Positions 23,764 to 25,957 of a stretch of DNA of 25,957 bases are shown here, piece after piece. The stretch is from contig DXJF01000152.1 of NCBI GenBank assembly GCA_019057375.1, positions 1-25,957 of the forward strand, read 5' to 3'. This DNA comes from Candidatus Heimdallarchaeota archaeon (GTDB taxonomy: Archaea > Asgardarchaeota > Heimdallarchaeia > Heimdallarchaeales > Heimdallarchaeaceae). Below the pieces are notes generated by a model. It worked only from the letters and a program-made list of their open reading frames with translations. It was not told where the DNA came from and ran no database searches. The first letter of the stretch is position 1; the number at the start of each line of letters is the position of its first letter. The position numbers and the translations under genes are program-made.

Positions 23764-25251
23764 TTATATTTGATCAGCTTGTTTTAAATTACATATCCAC
23801 AAAGGTTTCCTTTCTATGAATAGAAAAAGATATTCTGCTAAAGAACTATCAGTTTCATAGATTTCTCCAAGCTGTTCATCTGCACCAAAAATCTTTAGTT
23901 TCTCTTTAATTTCAATTTTCAGGAATGAATCAACATTCAACATGAAAGTATTTTTCTTCACCAAACTTTCAAGAAATTCAAATACATTCTGACCTTTCTT
24001 TGTAAAGTGAATGACCCAGTGCTCATTATCTATAAATGGTCCAGCTACAACATCAACGTGCTTAGTATATTGATGTAGGAATTTAAGAGACTCCTCTGAT
24101 GTAATTAAAGGTCCTTCCTTTCTAATTGAAATCTGTGGGTTGACATCCAACAACGACAAAAATAAGCCATAATACTCATCTGAGACAAATGTTTTTGATC
24201 GTTCCAAAATATAGTTATTGTTAAATAATTCTACTTGAAAAGCATTCTTCATCGACATTGCTTTTTGCCAACAAATTTCAGTTTCCTGAAAATTTCGTTT
24301 AGTAGCCAGAATTACAAGCTGTTTACCTGAAAAGATGATTTTTCGCATAAGGTCAGAATATGATGGAATCTCACAGAGTAAATCTTCAAAGAAACTAATT
24401 TTTGGTTCAAACCTATATGTATTAGCTGCAGCCACCAATGAAGTAAATTGATCAATAGATACATCAGCTGCCACGTTATCTTTAGGATTTAGAGGATCTG
24501 GCACATACAAAGGATAATATTTCAATAGCATTTCGCTTGTTAAAAGATCTACATCTTCTAACTTCTCAATATTTTTCTTCAAATCAATAATCGTTCTAGG
24601 TCTCCAATTTCCTATTGCTTCGATAGTTTTTTGAAATGTCCCATAGAACAGAATGAGTAATTCACAAAGATATCCATTAAAACCAATTGCACCTACTTCA
24701 TTTCTGTAAACACCAATAGTCTTTAGAAATTTCTTCAGTAAAAGGACTTCATTTCTATCTTCTTCTTTCATATGAGTTATCAAGTATTGAGAATGCATTG
24801 GGATTAAATCAAAAATGGATTTTGTTTCTTCTCCAGGTGTTACCTCAAAGCCTACAAAAAGATTAACAAGTTCATCTCCTGCAACAATTCTGAGATAGGG
24901 GATTTTCCCTGTGTGCTTTGTGATTGTTATTGGATTCTTGTTTATTCTATCTTTTTTCAATCTTTTTTCCAACGCATCTAGAATTTGGTGAATCTTTGGT
25001 TTATCTGCTCTTTGCAGGATTAGCATGAGATCGAATGTTTCATCTTCACTTAGATAGGTTTTTCTGACAAAAGAACCTTGGGTCTCAACTCTCCCAATAT
25101 ACCCTAAGGAACTTAAATCTAGTTGTATCTTTTCTCTGAGAATTGAAAGAATTTCTCTTACTCTCTCATGTTGTTCCCATTGGACTTGAATTACTTCCAA
25201 AACTTTCTTTTCAATTACTTTTGAAGTATCCTTTGGGTTTTTTTTACTCAT
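23764..25251 (-). CDS. cca: Archaeal class I CCA-adding enzyme homologue with a degenerate active site
   Basis: GSF..KTYL, EV.LLKKFLK.IGVY, GF.GYLCELLILFYG.F, W, DP..P..NVAA and GP motifs match the family. Catalytic positions read T72-F-D74 and N130. Confidence 0.85.
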   Translation of the reverse strand: MSKKNPKDTSKVIEKKVLEVIQVQWEQHERVREILSILREKIQLDLSSLGYIGRVETQGSFVRKTYLSEDETFDLMLILQRADKPKIHQILDALEKRLKKDRINKNPITITKHTGKIPYLRIVAGDELVNLFVGFEVTPGEETKSIFDLIPMHSQYLITHMKEEDRNEVLLLKKFLKTIGVYRNEVGAIGFNGYLCELLILFYGTFQKTIEAIGNWRPRTIIDLKKNIEKLEDVDLLTSEMLLKYYPLYVPDPLNPKDNVAADVSIDQFTSLVAAANTYRFEPKISFFEDLLCEIPSYSDLMRKIIFSGKQLVILATKRNFQETEICWQKAMSMKNAFQVELFNNNYILERSKTFVSDEYYGLFLSLLDVNPQISIRKEGPLITSEESLKFLHQYTKHVDVVAGPFIDNEHWVIHFTKKGQNVFEFLESLVKKNTFMLNVDSFLKIEIKEKLKIFGADEQLGEIYETDSSLAEYLFLFIERKPLWICNLKQADQI

Positions 25252-25255
25252 GAAA

Positions 25256-25822
25256 TCACCTTTTATCTAATGCGTCTACTTTAAAGATTACTGAATATTC
25301 TGGTCCTTCTGATTTTAATATAGATTTTTTAAGTTGTATTGAATTAATTACTTGAACTCCGCAGCTATAATCTGAAAGGTTCTTTATAACCTTAATCAAT
25401 TGGTCCTTATTTTTAGGAGATTTCACTCGTCCTATTGTTAAATGAGGTTTAAAAGGTCTGGAATCAACTTTGAAACCCTTCTTTTTTAATTTATATCTGA
25501 TTTCCTTTTGAATTTCCTTCAGTTTCTCAATCTCTCCATCTATTTCACAATAAACAACCCTGACATGCTTCTCATTTGGTAACACTCCAGGTCCTTTTAC
25601 TTTAAGTTTCATACTTTCAAATCTTATTTCTGAAAGCATCTCAGATAATATTGTTATTTGCTCTTCCGATATCTCTCCCAGAAATTCCATTGTTATGTGT
25701 AAGATTTCAGGATTTACTAGTCTTACATTTGCACCTGAATCCCTTATTTGATTCTGAATTTCTTGTACTCCTTTCAAGATATCTTTATCTTTGAAGTTGA
25801 TAGATATGAATGCACGAACCAT
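25256..25822 (-). CDS. thpR: RNA 2',3'-cyclic phosphodiesterase (2H phosphoesterase, LigT/ThpR)
   Basis: RAFISI, HITMEFLGE and PHLTIGRVK (two intact HxT motifs), KSIL...GPEY. Confidence 0.95.
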   Translation of the reverse strand: MVRAFISINFKDKDILKGVQEIQNQIRDSGANVRLVNPEILHITMEFLGEISEEQITILSEMLSEIRFESMKLKVKGPGVLPNEKHVRVVYCEIDGEIEKLKEIQKEIRYKLKKKGFKVDSRPFKPHLTIGRVKSPKNKDQLIKVIKNLSDYSCGVQVINSIQLKKSILKSEGPEYSVIFKVDALDKR

Positions 25823-25926
25823 TTCAAATGACAGTTTCTTATCATTTTATAAATTTTGACAAGAGTTAAAATTAATTTACTTTAACAACATTTTTAATTA
25901 CTTTAACTATTCTCACAATGAGTTAA

Positions 25927-25957
25927 ATGACTAAACCCAAAGCAACAATCATTGGAG
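25927..25957 (+). CDS. Probable start of a Rossmann-fold protein (MTKPKATIIG...), truncated by the window edge
   Basis: ATG followed by a beta-strand and Gly, typical of a dinucleotide-binding N-terminus; only 10 codons are visible. Confidence 0.35.
   Translation, partial: MTKPKATIIG

Noticed and set aside
1-25957. CRISPR arrays, tRNA/rRNA genes, transposases or integrases
   Set aside because: No regularly spaced repeats, GC-rich structured RNA blocks or mobile-element motifs were seen by eye.

Overview
AT-rich archaeal chromosomal window with about 26 complete CDSs plus two ORFs cut by the window edges. The gene set (class I CCA-enzyme-like gene next to thpR, archaemetzincin, Mre11/SbcD-like nuclease, NosD-type and DOMON-type surface proteins with C-terminal anchors, TTTATATA-type promoters) points to an archaeon. 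An Asgard/Heimdallarchaeia-like lineage is my inference, not a proven assignment. I saw no CRISPR array, tRNA, rRNA or mobile element. Most notable: (1) the class I CCA-adding-enzyme homologue has lost most catalytic and nucleotide-selecting residues, which recalls the inactive CCA-fold eukaryotic ribosome-biogenesis factor Utp22/NOL6; (2) the IscS-like protein lacks the PLP lysine and phosphate-binding motifs but keeps its Cys loop, in an operon with an intact IscU and a small Cys protein; (3) a DMT-type membrane protein is fused to an Lrp/AsnC RAM domain and coupled to a stand-alone RAM protein; (4) a receiver domain is fused to a possible longin/uDENN-like domain; (5) one protein combines two RHH-like motifs with a classical C2H2 finger; (6) an unannotated 70-nt C/D-box sRNA candidate with its own promoter; (7) an orphan ABC ATPase with a ~155-aa insertion. 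Reference-protein comparisons were made from memory and need confirmation by alignment.
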